Shown here piece after piece: positions 38,972-48,503 of a stretch of DNA of 64,000 nucleotides; positions within the stretch are counted from its first letter, which is position 1, and every line of letters begins with the position of its first letter. Under the pieces are notes generated by a model. It was given only the letters and a program-made list of their open reading frames with translations, was not told the DNA's origin and searched no databases. The stretch is from Myxococcota bacterium (GTDB lineage Bacteria; Myxococcota_A; UBA796; UBA2385). The stretch lies in NCBI GenBank assembly GCA_044344255.1, contig JBIJDH010000004.1:96001-160000 (forward strand), read 5' to 3'. The translations under genes and the position numbers were made by a program.

Positions 38972-39556
38972 ATGAAGTACATCTCTGGCCTGATCTCGGG
39001 GCTCCTGCTGGCTGCAGGTTGTGCCACCACGACGACCGAGCGTCTGATCCTGCCGCAGCTCGAGACGGTCGCGCACGTCGATCTCGCTCGATACCTTGGC
39101 ACCTGGTACGAGATCGCCAACTTTCCGCAGAGCTTCCAGCGCGGCTGTACGGGGACAACCGCGACCTACTCGCTGCGCGCCGACGGTGACATCGACGTCC
39201 TCAATCGGTGCCGCGTCGACTCTCTCGACGGCAAGGAGAAGTCGTCGCTCGGCAGAGCCCGGGTTGTCGACAGCTCCACAAACGCGAAGCTCGAGGTCAG
39301 CTTCTTTCGCCCCTTTTGGGGGGACTACTGGATCATCAACCTCGCGGACGACTACTCGTACGCGGTCGTGGGCCACCCCGGCCGGGACTACCTGTGGATC
39401 CTCGCGCGCGCGCCGACGATGCCCCAGGACACCTACCAGACCATCGTGGACCGCCTCCAGGCCCAGGGCTACGAGGTCGCCCGCCTTGTCCCGACGCTGC
39501 AGGTGGCCCCGGCGGAGCCTGTCGGCCGCCCGGAGATCGCTCCGACACCGAGGTGA
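38972..39556 (+). CDS. blc: Bacterial lipocalin (Blc-like) lipoprotein
   Basis: 194 aa. Lipobox LAAGC, VDLARYLGTWYEIA, KLEVSFFRPFWGDYWI, YLWILAR. Confidence 0.92.
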   Translation: MKYISGLISGLLLAAGCATTTTERLILPQLETVAHVDLARYLGTWYEIANFPQSFQRGCTGTTATYSLRADGDIDVLNRCRVDSLDGKEKSSLGRARVVDSSTNAKLEVSFFRPFWGDYWIINLADDYSYAVVGHPGRDYLWILARAPTMPQDTYQTIVDRLQAQGYEVARLVPTLQVAPAEPVGRPEIAPTPR

Positions 39557-39619
39557 AGCGGGTCGCCCGCAGAGGAGGGGCGGCTGGGTGGGACCGAATC
39601 GCGCGAGCTGGAGGAGCCG

Positions 39620-41440
39620 ATGACGAAGATCCGGGGCGCTCGCCCCACGCTTGTGGGGGCATTTGCATTCGCCGTCGGGTGTGGCCCGCCCGACGCCCCC
39701 GATGGGAAGGGCGGCTCCGCCCCGGCGGCGGACACCGCCCCCGACACCGCCCCCGACACGGCGCGGGACAGCGCCGTGGACACGGCGGGCGACTCGCCGG
39801 CCGACTCTGGGGGCGACACGGGCGGAGACACCGCCGGTGACACCGCCCCGCCCCCCGACGACTGCGATCCCGCGTCGGAGGCGGCCGTCACGCTCTGTGC
39901 CGATCGATTCTGGGACCAGGAGCTCGACGCCACGAGCCGCGCCGAGCTCGACGCCGCGCTGGTCGACATGCCTGCGGAGCTGCGTGACCCGGCGCTCGAA
40001 GACCCGGTGTTGCGGGCGCGCCAGCTCCAGTGGGCGATCGTCGCGGCGAACGCGCTTACCGCCGTGACGGTCGTCGTGCTGCTCCCCGATGGCACCTACG
40101 ACTTCACCGGGCTCGACCTGGCGCACCCCTCGGTTCCAGCGGCGGACGTCTACCAACAGCCGCTCCGGCCCAAGCTCTTCGTCCGGCGAGACGACGTGAC
40201 CCTCCGCGCCGCCCGCGAAGGCGCCGCCCCGGTGCTCACCGCCAGCGGGCCGGGGGCAGACGGCGTCCACCACGGCCGCGTCTTCCTGCTCCTGGACAGC
40301 AGCGCCACCGGGCTGGTCGTCGAGGGGCTCACCTTCCGCGGCGACGCCGAGAGCGCGAGCTTCACCGATCCCGCACGATCGCTGCATGAGAACGACGCCT
40401 CGCTCACCTTCCGTGGCCAGTGGGGCTTCGCGATGGTGGGGCTCAATGGGGGGGCGAACCACGCGCGCTTCGATGGCTGTCACTTCGAGCGTGTGAACGG
40501 GAACGCGATCAGCGCCGTCGGACTGCTCACCGTCACTGACTCTGTCTTCGAGGGGGCGCTGCCCGACCCCGAGGAGGCCGATCCTCAGGCCGCGACGGAG
40601 GCGCTCTATGACGCGATCACCGCCGAGCGCGGCGTGTCTCCAGGAATGGACTTCCACGCGGGCGTCCGGCGCGCCTATGCCTATGGGCCGACGGTGGTGG
40701 AGCGCAGCTCGTTCACGGGCTTCGTCGAGGGCGTCGTGATGTCGGCGGACGCCTACTCCGTACGCGTGGCAGACAGCACCTTCACCGCGATCTACGACCA
40801 CGGCGTGTATGTGCTCGGCGATGCGGCCGGGAGCGAGATCGAGGGCAATGAGTTCGAGCGGATCGGCAACGGCGCGGTCAAGTTCGCCGGCCACACCGAG
40901 GAGGCCGACCCCGCGCTCAGCCTCGCGGGGCTCCACGATGGGGCGGTCCGCGACAACCGCTTCCTCCAGATGCGGAACGGCGCGATGCAGGTGTCCGGCG
41001 TGCGCAACGAGATCGCGCGGAACGAGGTGGTCGCGTACGACGCGTCCGCTGACCCCACCGGCTGGTACGACCCCTTCCAGCGGCCCGGCTACCACTACCC
41101 GGACGCGTTCTTGATCACGGAGGCGGGGCAGGCCGGGTGGGCCAACCACATCTGGGGCAACACCTTCGAGGACAACACGACCACGGACGGAGACTTCGAG
41201 CTCTTCCTCCAGCAGCGCCCGAACGTGGCGGACCGCAGCATCTCGGAGAACGTGGTGTCCGGCGCGGGACAGACCGTGTACTTCCGCCACCTCGTACCCT
41301 GTGACGAGAACCCAGCGTCCTGTTCGAGCTATTCGCCCTCGATCACCGTCGACAGTGGCGCGACGCTTGTGTTTGGCGCGCCGGCGGACTGCGCCGACTG
41401 TTACCCTTCAGACACCGGATACATCGCCGAGCTGCCCTGA
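39620..41440 (+). CDS. Right-handed parallel beta-helix lipoprotein
   Basis: 606 aa. Lipobox FAVGC, DT(A/G)-rich linker, repeats such as VTDSVFEG, VADSTFT, IEGNEFE, VRDNRF, IWGNTFE. Confidence 0.78.
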   Translation: MTKIRGARPTLVGAFAFAVGCGPPDAPDGKGGSAPAADTAPDTAPDTARDSAVDTAGDSPADSGGDTGGDTAGDTAPPPDDCDPASEAAVTLCADRFWDQELDATSRAELDAALVDMPAELRDPALEDPVLRARQLQWAIVAANALTAVTVVVLLPDGTYDFTGLDLAHPSVPAADVYQQPLRPKLFVRRDDVTLRAAREGAAPVLTASGPGADGVHHGRVFLLLDSSATGLVVEGLTFRGDAESASFTDPARSLHENDASLTFRGQWGFAMVGLNGGANHARFDGCHFERVNGNAISAVGLLTVTDSVFEGALPDPEEADPQAATEALYDAITAERGVSPGMDFHAGVRRAYAYGPTVVERSSFTGFVEGVVMSADAYSVRVADSTFTAIYDHGVYVLGDAAGSEIEGNEFERIGNGAVKFAGHTEEADPALSLAGLHDGAVRDNRFLQMRNGAMQVSGVRNEIARNEVVAYDASADPTGWYDPFQRPGYHYPDAFLITEAGQAGWANHIWGNTFEDNTTTDGDFELFLQQRPNVADRSISENVVSGAGQTVYFRHLVPCDENPASCSSYSPSITVDSGATLVFGAPADCADCYPSDTGYIAELP

Positions 41441-42388
41441 GCGGGTGAGGAGGGGCTTCGGAGCGGGGGCCGGCGCCGCGTAGCTGGGGCCGGCGCCGTG
41501 GAGCAGGGGCCGGTCTGCGCGGAGCTGGGCGGTGAGGAAGTCGAGCAGGACCCGGACCCGCGGCGCCTCCTTCACGTCGGCGTGGACCGTGAGCCAGACC
41601 CCGTCGCTGGGCTCCTGGGGCATGGGGATGCGCTGTAGGCCCGCCTCGGCGTCGCCGAGGTAGCGGGGCAGCACCGCGACGCCGGCGTGGGCCAGGGCGG
41701 CGCCGAGCAGCCCGAGGGTGAGGCCGCAGACGAAGCAGGGGCTGGCGCCTCCGGTGAGCTCCCGGACCCACTGCCCCTCTGTCGAGCGCTCGTCGGTCGG
41801 CGGGGTGAGCAGGCGATGGTGGCGGAGGTCGGACGGCCCCTGAACAGGGTGCGCAGCGAGGTATTCGGGTGAGGCGTAGAGCCCGTAGCCGACGTCGGCG
41901 ACCCGCTTCACGACGAGGCTCTGCGGCCGCGAGCGGAAGAGCCGCACCGCGACGTCGGCCTCGCGGCGGCCGAGGTCGAGCACCTCGCCGCTGGCGGTGA
42001 GCTCGACGGTGAGGCCGGGGTGGGAGAGGCCGAAGCGGGCGAGCCGCGGCGCGAGATAGCTCACACCGAAGGTCTCGGGCGCGGTGACCCGCACCGGCCC
42101 CGTGAGCGCCGCGGCGGTGGTGCTGGCGGCGCGCTCGACGCGGAGCACGGCCTCCTCGACGGCGCGGAGCGACCCGAGCAGCCGCTCTCCCTCTGGGCTG
42201 AGCGCGTAGCCGGCGGCGGTGCGGGCGAAGAGGCGGAGGCCGAGCGCGGCCTCCGCGGCCTCGACGCGCCGGCCCACGGTGGTGTGGTCGACGCCGAGGA
42301 GCTTCGCCGCCCGGGCCAGCGAGCCGGCCTTGGAGAGCGCGAGGGCGTAGCGGAGATCGTCCCAGCCGAGGGCTGTGGATTTTTGCAC
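41408..42388 (-). CDS. LysR family transcriptional regulator
   Basis: HTH WDDLRYALALSKAGSLARAAKLLGVDHTTVGRRV, LFART, GPVRVTAP, LDLGRREADVAVR, PRVRVLLDFL. Start is GTG 42388 or ATG 42436. Confidence 0.93.
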   Translation of the reverse strand: MQKSTALGWDDLRYALALSKAGSLARAAKLLGVDHTTVGRRVEAAEAALGLRLFARTAAGYALSPEGERLLGSLRAVEEAVLRVERAASTTAAALTGPVRVTAPETFGVSYLAPRLARFGLSHPGLTVELTASGEVLDLGRREADVAVRLFRSRPQSLVVKRVADVGYGLYASPEYLAAHPVQGPSDLRHHRLLTPPTDERSTEGQWVRELTGGASPCFVCGLTLGLLGAALAHAGVAVLPRYLGDAEAGLQRIPMPQEPSDGVWLTVHADVKEAPRVRVLLDFLTAQLRADRPLLHGAGPSYAAPAPAPKPLLTRSGQLGDVSGV

Positions 42389-42471
42389 GGGTGCCTCGCG
42401 TCGCTGAGTCTTCTCCAGTATCTCCCGGGCGGGCATCTTGGGGATCCCAACCCTTCGCCCAGGACCTCCCG

Positions 42472-42733
<262 letters not shown>

Positions 42734-42750
<17 letters not shown>

Positions 42751-42833
42751 TCCCAATGGGTGATCCCAATGGGTGATCCCAATGGGTGATCCCAATGGGT
42801 GATCCCAATGGGTGATCCCAATAGGTGATCCCA
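42734..42833. repeat. 13-bp tandem repeat (GTGATCCCAATGG)x7.7
   Basis: Six exact units from 42734, a seventh with one change (…AATAG), then a partial GTGATCCCA. No spacers. Confidence 0.95.
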
Positions 42834-42889
42834 CCGGTCAGCGGCTCCCTCGGGCGGGGCTGCGGGCCCTTCGCTGCTACACTGCGCCG

Positions 42890-43957
42890 ATGGCCCTCAC
42901 CCGTCGCGCGATCTTGACTGCCGCCACCGCGCTCGTCGGCGGCGCGGGCGGCCTCGCGGTGGCCGGCGCCCTGCGCGGCGGTGGCCCTCGTCGGCGGCCG
43001 GCCGAGCCCTGGGCGCCCGCCCCCCGCCCGCTGCCCGAGGGCTTCCTCCGCGGCGTGAATTTCGCCCACCAGCACCGCCGCGGCGCCGGCTACGGCAGCG
43101 AGCGCGCGGCGCAGGAGCTCGACACGCTCCGTTCGCTCGGCATCCGCGACCTCGCGTTGAACCCCTTCGCCTACACGCCCTCGCTCGCCTCGGCCGACAT
43201 CCGCTGGGGCGGCGATCCGACGCTGACCGACGACGACCTGCGCCGCCAGGTCGAGCAGGCGCAGGCGCGGGGGATGCGGGTGCTGATGAAGCCTCACCTC
43301 TGGAGCGGCAGCTTCTGGGCGGGCAGCGGCAACCCGGACATCGAGCTGGACGCGGCGGGCTGGGGGCGCTGGTTCGAGGCCTGGACCGCCTATGTGGTGC
43401 ACCACGCCCGACTGGCCCAGGAGACCGGCTGCGGCGCCCTCTGCGTCGGCCTCGAGCTGACCGGCGCCACGGTCGAGAACCCGGGGGCCTGGGCGGCGGT
43501 CGCGCGCGCCTGTCGACAGGAATTCAAGGGCCCGGTCTATTACTCGGCCAATTGGTACGATGAGTATGCCCGCTTCACCGACTGGGGGGCCTTCGACTGT
43601 ATCGGGCTCAGCGCCTACTTCCCCCTCGTCGGCGACACGGTGGGTGAGCTCCAGGCCTCCTGGGACGCGCACCTCGACGCCATCGCCGCGGTGGCCGCCG
43701 GCCGTCCTGTGATCTTCCTCGAGGCCGGCTGTCGGGCGGTGGCCGGCGCGACAGAGCGCCCCTGGGAGGCCCGTGACGGCGAGGCGGACGCCGATCTACA
43801 GGGGCGCGCCTATGAGGCGCTGCTGCGGGCCGGGTCGGCGCGGAGCTGGCTGCGGGGGGTCTATTGGTGGAAGTGGTTCACCGCCCCGGAGCCCGACACC
43901 GACGCCTTCGTCCCGGGGCCGCGCGCGCAGGAGGTGCTGCGGGCCTGGTTTCGGTAG
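42890..43957 (+). CDS. Glycoside hydrolase family 113-like protein with Tat signal
   Basis: 355 aa. MALTRRAIL twin-Arg signal, MRVLMKPHLW, CVGLEL, YSANW, IGLSAYFPL, IFLEAG, GVYWWKW. Confidence 0.85.
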   Translation: MALTRRAILTAATALVGGAGGLAVAGALRGGGPRRRPAEPWAPAPRPLPEGFLRGVNFAHQHRRGAGYGSERAAQELDTLRSLGIRDLALNPFAYTPSLASADIRWGGDPTLTDDDLRRQVEQAQARGMRVLMKPHLWSGSFWAGSGNPDIELDAAGWGRWFEAWTAYVVHHARLAQETGCGALCVGLELTGATVENPGAWAAVARACRQEFKGPVYYSANWYDEYARFTDWGAFDCIGLSAYFPLVGDTVGELQASWDAHLDAIAAVAAGRPVIFLEAGCRAVAGATERPWEARDGEADADLQGRAYEALLRAGSARSWLRGVYWWKWFTAPEPDTDAFVPGPRAQEVLRAWFR

Positions 43958-43974
43958 GGAGGCCGAGGTGGCGC

Positions 43975-45780
43975 TCACCGGTCGAGGGCGCTGCGTCCTC
44001 CTCCGGTCTCGTCCCCACCGCACCAGCCGCGGAGCCGGCTCGTCCCGAGGACCACCCGGAAGTCGGGGCGGTCGGCGCCGTCGAAATTCCAAGATTGCCC
44101 GTCCTGGTGGGCCGGGCCCCCATAGTCTAGGGGGTGATCCTCCAGGGGGATGAGATCGGGCTCGAAGTGGTGGGGGAGCGTACAGTCTTCCCAGTCGGGG
44201 AGGGCGAGCGTGCTTGAGCCGGCGAGGTGGACGACGAAGCCCCCCGGCACATCCTCATCGGGGAGGCCCGTGGAGGCGAGGTTCAGGAGGGGGTAGCTGC
44301 CGGTCTGGGTCTTCTCCAGGTCAGCGAAGGGGAGGTAGCCGTCGTTGAGCCAGTCTCCTTCGGGCGCATCCATTCGGCTGCAGCGGTACCGACCGAGGGC
44401 GTCCGGGCCCGACCAGGCCCCCGCGGCGCAGCGGCTCCGCTCTGCAACCACGATGGGGACGCCGTTCTCGGTGGTCGAGACCTTCATCGCCGCCACGGCC
44501 AGCCAGTCGCGCGCCATCGAGCTGCCGTCGGGGCGGGTGTCGTGGGGATTGAGCCCGAAGCCCCCCGATCCGTAGCCCCAGTCCTCGTCTCCCACCCCGA
44601 CGAGGCCGTCTCCGTTCGTGTCGGTGATCTCCCGCGGCGCAGACAGGGCCGCGAGCCCCCCGGGATAGGCCCACCACCAGCTGATCGTCGCGCCACCCCC
44701 AAAGTGGACCTCATCGACATAATATTCGCGACCTCGGTAGCCCTGCACCTCGGCCCCCTCCACGTCGAGGGCGGAGACGAAGCCGAAGAGGCCCTCGGCG
44801 AGGACCCCGCGGGTGCCGGGGGTGTCTCCGCCGGTGCAGCTCACCTGCGGCGCGCCTGTCTCTTCATCCCAGAAGGGGCTGCAGAGGAAGGCCCATCGAT
44901 CGTGGTCCCAGGTGGCGGGGAGGACGCCGTCATCGCCATAGTCGGCCATCAGATAGAGCGGGGCCAGCCAGTCCGGCGCGCAGGCCCAGGTCTCGGCGTA
45001 GACCCCTCGGTACCAGCTCCGTTCGCCGACGGCGTCGTCGATCCAGACCGCGAGGGGGGCCTCGAGGGGGCAGGAGGCGCTGTCCTGACAGGCCACGTAG
45101 TCGCCGCCGGTCTCCTCCACGCAGGTTCGACAGGCGCTGCCCTCGGCGAAGAAGGTGCGGGCCTCGTCCTCGGCGCAGGCCCCGGAGCCGATCGCGGCGG
45201 GGATGTCGCCGCCGGCGGACTGGACGCCCGCGACGCAGGCCTCGCTGATGCTCACGAACATGGGCGTGGGGTCTCCGAGCAAGGCGGTGTAGGTGTAGAC
45301 CGCGAGAGAGGCGACGTAGTCAGCGCCCCCCTCCCTCCAGTCAACCTCGAGCTCGGGCATCTCACAGAGTCCGCCGGCCTCCTCGGTGCCGAAGAGCTGC
45401 TCGGCGCTGAGCAGAGACAGGCCGTCTCGGTTTTGTTCGGCCGGAGAGAATTCGTCCATCGCCGCCTCGAGGTCCTCGCCGAGGCTTTCATTCCGCCGGG
45501 CGCCGGTGAGCGTCTCGGCCTCTACCGCCTCCGCCATCAGGCGGGCGGGGAGCAGCGAGGGGTCCGCCGCCGGCGGGGCGGCCATCGACATCGCCCCGGC
45601 TCCCCCGCCGCCCCATCGAGCCAGGGCCTCGGTCCAGCCATTCCGATGGTCTCCCGCCCTCCAGGCCGCCGCGTTGGCGCCGTGCAGGGGGCGGTTCTCG
45701 ACCGGGACGGGGGACGGTCGGCAGCCGAGCAGGAGAGGGAGCAGGAGGGAGGCGAGGACCGTGACGGGGGCGGGGCGCAT
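43975..45780 (-). CDS. Hypothetical Cys/Trp-rich lipoprotein
   Basis: 601 aa. Lipobox LLLGC, about 14 Cys, one DTNGDGLVG Ca-binding-like loop. Confidence 0.75.
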   Translation of the reverse strand: MRPAPVTVLASLLLPLLLGCRPSPVPVENRPLHGANAAAWRAGDHRNGWTEALARWGGGGAGAMSMAAPPAADPSLLPARLMAEAVEAETLTGARRNESLGEDLEAAMDEFSPAEQNRDGLSLLSAEQLFGTEEAGGLCEMPELEVDWREGGADYVASLAVYTYTALLGDPTPMFVSISEACVAGVQSAGGDIPAAIGSGACAEDEARTFFAEGSACRTCVEETGGDYVACQDSASCPLEAPLAVWIDDAVGERSWYRGVYAETWACAPDWLAPLYLMADYGDDGVLPATWDHDRWAFLCSPFWDEETGAPQVSCTGGDTPGTRGVLAEGLFGFVSALDVEGAEVQGYRGREYYVDEVHFGGGATISWWWAYPGGLAALSAPREITDTNGDGLVGVGDEDWGYGSGGFGLNPHDTRPDGSSMARDWLAVAAMKVSTTENGVPIVVAERSRCAAGAWSGPDALGRYRCSRMDAPEGDWLNDGYLPFADLEKTQTGSYPLLNLASTGLPDEDVPGGFVVHLAGSSTLALPDWEDCTLPHHFEPDLIPLEDHPLDYGGPAHQDGQSWNFDGADRPDFRVVLGTSRLRGWCGGDETGGGRSALDR

Positions 45781-45801
45781 GCACGGAGGATAGCCACCTG
45801 G

Positions 45802-46686
45802 ATGCGCTTCGGCCCTCCAGCACCTGCCTTCTTGCTCCTCTGCCCACTCGCGCTCACCCTCGGCTGTCACCGAGGGGGCAAGGGGGACGAAGCGGGCCCG
45901 TCGTCGGCGGAGGCCTCCGAGATCTGCGCCCGCCCCCAGGTGTCCGCGGCGGCCGTCGCCGGGGAGGCGAACGGGGACGGAGAGGTCGACATCGCCGATG
46001 CTTTGTGGCTCGAGCGCTCCCTCTTCGCGGGAGGGGCGGCGCCCGTCTGCGCGGCCGCGGTCGACTTCGTCGCGGATGGCCATGTCGACGCCGCCGATGG
46101 GGCCGCGATGCTGCGCTCGCGCTTCACCGCGGGCTTCCCGGCGCCGAGCCTGGCCGCCGGCCTCTGCGCGGCCGCCCCGGTCGGGGTCGAGCCCCCCTGC
46201 GGCGCGCTCTCCTTGGAGGTGAGGGCACCCACGGGGGCGGCCTCGTCGGAGGAGGGGCGCTTCGAGGCCACCGTGGAGCTTCATTCCCCCACCCTCGCGG
46301 TCGAAGGCTGGCAGCTTGGCCTCTCGGCGACCGGATGTACGATCATGTCGGCCACGCTGGAGGGCACCGTGGGCGCGCCCTCCTCGGAGGGGGGGATGCG
46401 AGAGCTGGGCTTCGGCCTCGCCGAGACGGTGAGCGGAGGCGCGGTCTCCGCGGTGGCCCTCGGGTGGACCACGGCGCTCATTCTCGACCCCGGCTCGGAC
46501 CCGACCCTCCTCCGGGTCGAGGTTCAGGCGGCTCTGCCGGCCTCTGGCTGTGCCGATCCCTGCCAGCTGCGCGTCGGGGACGGCCTCCAGGGCTCGGGGG
46601 AGTCCATCCGGAGCGTGGTCTCGGTGGAGGGGCGGGCCTTCGTGCCGGAGCAGGGCTCCGCCACCGTGGAGGTGTGCGCGCCCTGA
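45802..46686 (+). CDS. Lipoprotein with dockerin-like duplicated Ca loops and a cohesin-like beta-sandwich
   Basis: 294 aa. Lipobox LTLGC; GEANGDGEVDIADALWLERSLF...CAAAVDFVADGHVDAADG; then VEGWQLGL...GAVSAVAL...LRVGDGLQGSGESIRSVVSVEG. Confidence 0.7.
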   Translation: MRFGPPAPAFLLLCPLALTLGCHRGGKGDEAGPSSAEASEICARPQVSAAAVAGEANGDGEVDIADALWLERSLFAGGAAPVCAAAVDFVADGHVDAADGAAMLRSRFTAGFPAPSLAAGLCAAAPVGVEPPCGALSLEVRAPTGAASSEEGRFEATVELHSPTLAVEGWQLGLSATGCTIMSATLEGTVGAPSSEGGMRELGFGLAETVSGGAVSAVALGWTTALILDPGSDPTLLRVEVQAALPASGCADPCQLRVGDGLQGSGESIRSVVSVEGRAFVPEQGSATVEVCAP

Positions 46687-46746
46687 GCCTGGCTCCCCGG
46701 CCACTGGCCTCACGTCTTTCGCGCGGCGCGTGTCACCCTGTCCGGG

Positions 46747-47847
46747 TCATCGCGGGAGCCTTTGGACGGTCGTTGTTGTGCGGTCGAGGAGCCGCTCAAC
46801 GACAGCCCACGCCGACGCCGCGCGTGTCGCCCAGTCCCCATCGATAGACACCCAATCGGCCCCAGCGGCCTCGAGGCGGTCACGGAACCGCGAGTCCATC
46901 GCCGCTCGGATCTGTTCCCCGTCCCGCCAGCCGTCCTGCACAAAGGGGGCGCCGTCCACCCCCATCAGCAGGTAGAGGCGGCGACCGGGGAGCTGCGCGG
47001 TCTCCGCCGGTACTTCGGGCACCGACTGGCCGAGGTATCGCTCCGCCCACAGCGCCGTCGCGAAGGCGTCGGTGTCGCAGATCAAGGCCGGACCGCCCGC
47101 GCGCGCGGCCTGCTCCTCCCGGGCGGTCTGGGTCGCGGCGATGTGCTCGAAGTCCGCTGGCGCGAAGGTGACGCCGGCCCACGGGGCGTCCGGGACGCGG
47201 GCTCGGAGCGCCGCGACACGACCCATCCACCACTCCCGCCCGTACTCGGGGACCGCCCGCACCGCTCCCCACGCCCCGGCCTGTTGACGGAGCCCCACCG
47301 CCAGCGCTTCCGCTAGGGTCGTCTTTCCGGTCGACTCCGCGCCGACGAGCACCACGCGGGTGGTGAGCCCGGCCCGGGTGGCCGCGGGGAGCTTCCACCA
47401 GGCGGCCGGCAGGTCTGCGCGCACCTCCGTGCCCGAGATCGCCAGCACGCTGCGATCGAGGCGCACGTCGGCCGCGCGGAACCGTCGCGCGAGCTCCGCG
47501 CCATAGGGCTCTGAGGTGAAGACGGCGTCGGGCTCCCCGCGTCCGGCCAGACGCAGCCCGGCTCGCATGAGGGCGACCTGCGCGGCCCAGACCGCGTCCG
47601 ACTCGTAGTCGACCGGCAGCTCGTCGACCACACCGACGATCCGGACCGCGGGGGTCGCCGCGAAGGTCTCGCGCAGCCAGGCGACCCGCAGGTCGAGCGG
47701 CAGCCCCTCCCGTTCGGCGGCCATCACCACTACGGTGACCAGTTCGCTGTTCGCCGCCGCGCACCGGACGAGCGCCGCATGGCCCTCGTGCGGCGGGTAG
47801 AATTTGCCGATGACGAGGCCGTGTTCGAAGCGTGTCGGCTGGATCAT
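46747..47847 (-). CDS. nadR: NadR-like bifunctional NMN adenylyltransferase / ribosylnicotinamide kinase (no HTH)
   Basis: 366 aa. GKFYPPHEGH (HxGH), FTSEPYG, ISGTEVR, Walker A GAESTGKTT, PEYGRE, ICDTD, FVQDGWR. Confidence 0.88.
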   Translation of the reverse strand: MIQPTRFEHGLVIGKFYPPHEGHAALVRCAAANSELVTVVVMAAEREGLPLDLRVAWLRETFAATPAVRIVGVVDELPVDYESDAVWAAQVALMRAGLRLAGRGEPDAVFTSEPYGAELARRFRAADVRLDRSVLAISGTEVRADLPAAWWKLPAATRAGLTTRVVLVGAESTGKTTLAEALAVGLRQQAGAWGAVRAVPEYGREWWMGRVAALRARVPDAPWAGVTFAPADFEHIAATQTAREEQAARAGGPALICDTDAFATALWAERYLGQSVPEVPAETAQLPGRRLYLLMGVDGAPFVQDGWRDGEQIRAAMDSRFRDRLEAAGADWVSIDGDWATRAASAWAVVERLLDRTTTTVQRLPR

Positions 47848-48476
47848 GCCGGGACCGCCCTGGCCTCGGCCCGCCACCGCCAGGCCCCGCGGCAGGCGAG
47901 GCCGAGGAACAGGGCGTAGAGGAGCGCGATCAGGTACAAACCTTTGAATGCGTAGACGGGCACCGACACAATGTCTACCGCGATCCAGAAGTACCAGCTC
48001 TCCACCCGCCGCTTGTTCAGCAGCACCTGCGCGACCACGGACAGGGCGGTGATCAACGAGTCGAACACGGGGACGCTGCCCCGCGCCCAGGAGAGGACCG
48101 GGAGCAGCGCCCCCACGAGCAGCAGGACGAAGAGCAGGGACACCGCCGTGGCGCGCGGGGAGAGGTGGCGCACCGGCCCCTCGGCCTCCCGCACCGCCCG
48201 CGTCCACCGCCACCAGCCCTCGACGCCGAGGGTGATGAACAGGATCTGGAGCGCGGCGTCCGCGAAGAGGCGGGCCTCGACGAACACGAGCAGGAGGAGC
48301 GCGCTGTTTACGATCCCGACCGGAAAGTTGAGGATGTGGCCCCGCGACGCGAGCCACACGCACCAGAGCCCCGTCACGAAGCCGGCGGCCTCGCCCCACG
48401 ACATCGTGTAGCCCCACAATAGGAGGAGCGGCTGGTTCATCCAGAGGACGAGCGACGACATTGTGGATGACAACAT
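47844..48476 (-). CDS. pnuC: Nicotinamide riboside transporter PnuC
   Basis: About 210 aa membrane protein. GLWCVWL, NFPVGI, LFADAALQ, GWWRW, DSLITALSVVAQ, ESWYFWIAVD. 4-bp overlap with nadR. Alternative start at 48461. Confidence 0.92.
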   Translation of the reverse strand: MLSSTMSSLVLWMNQPLLLLWGYTMSWGEAAGFVTGLWCVWLASRGHILNFPVGIVNSALLLLVFVEARLFADAALQILFITLGVEGWWRWTRAVREAEGPVRHLSPRATAVSLLFVLLLVGALLPVLSWARGSVPVFDSLITALSVVAQVLLNKRRVESWYFWIAVDIVSVPVYAFKGLYLIALLYALFLGLACRGAWRWRAEARAVPA

Positions 48477-48503
48477 TGTGGACGGCACGCTCAGGGAAGG
48501 ACC

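Noticed and set aside
48440..48503. NAD riboswitch or NrtR operator upstream of pnuC; ACATTGTGGA occurs twice
   Set aside because: No recognisable riboswitch fold or GT-N7-AC palindrome; the repeat overlaps the candidate start codons, and space before the IS is minimal.
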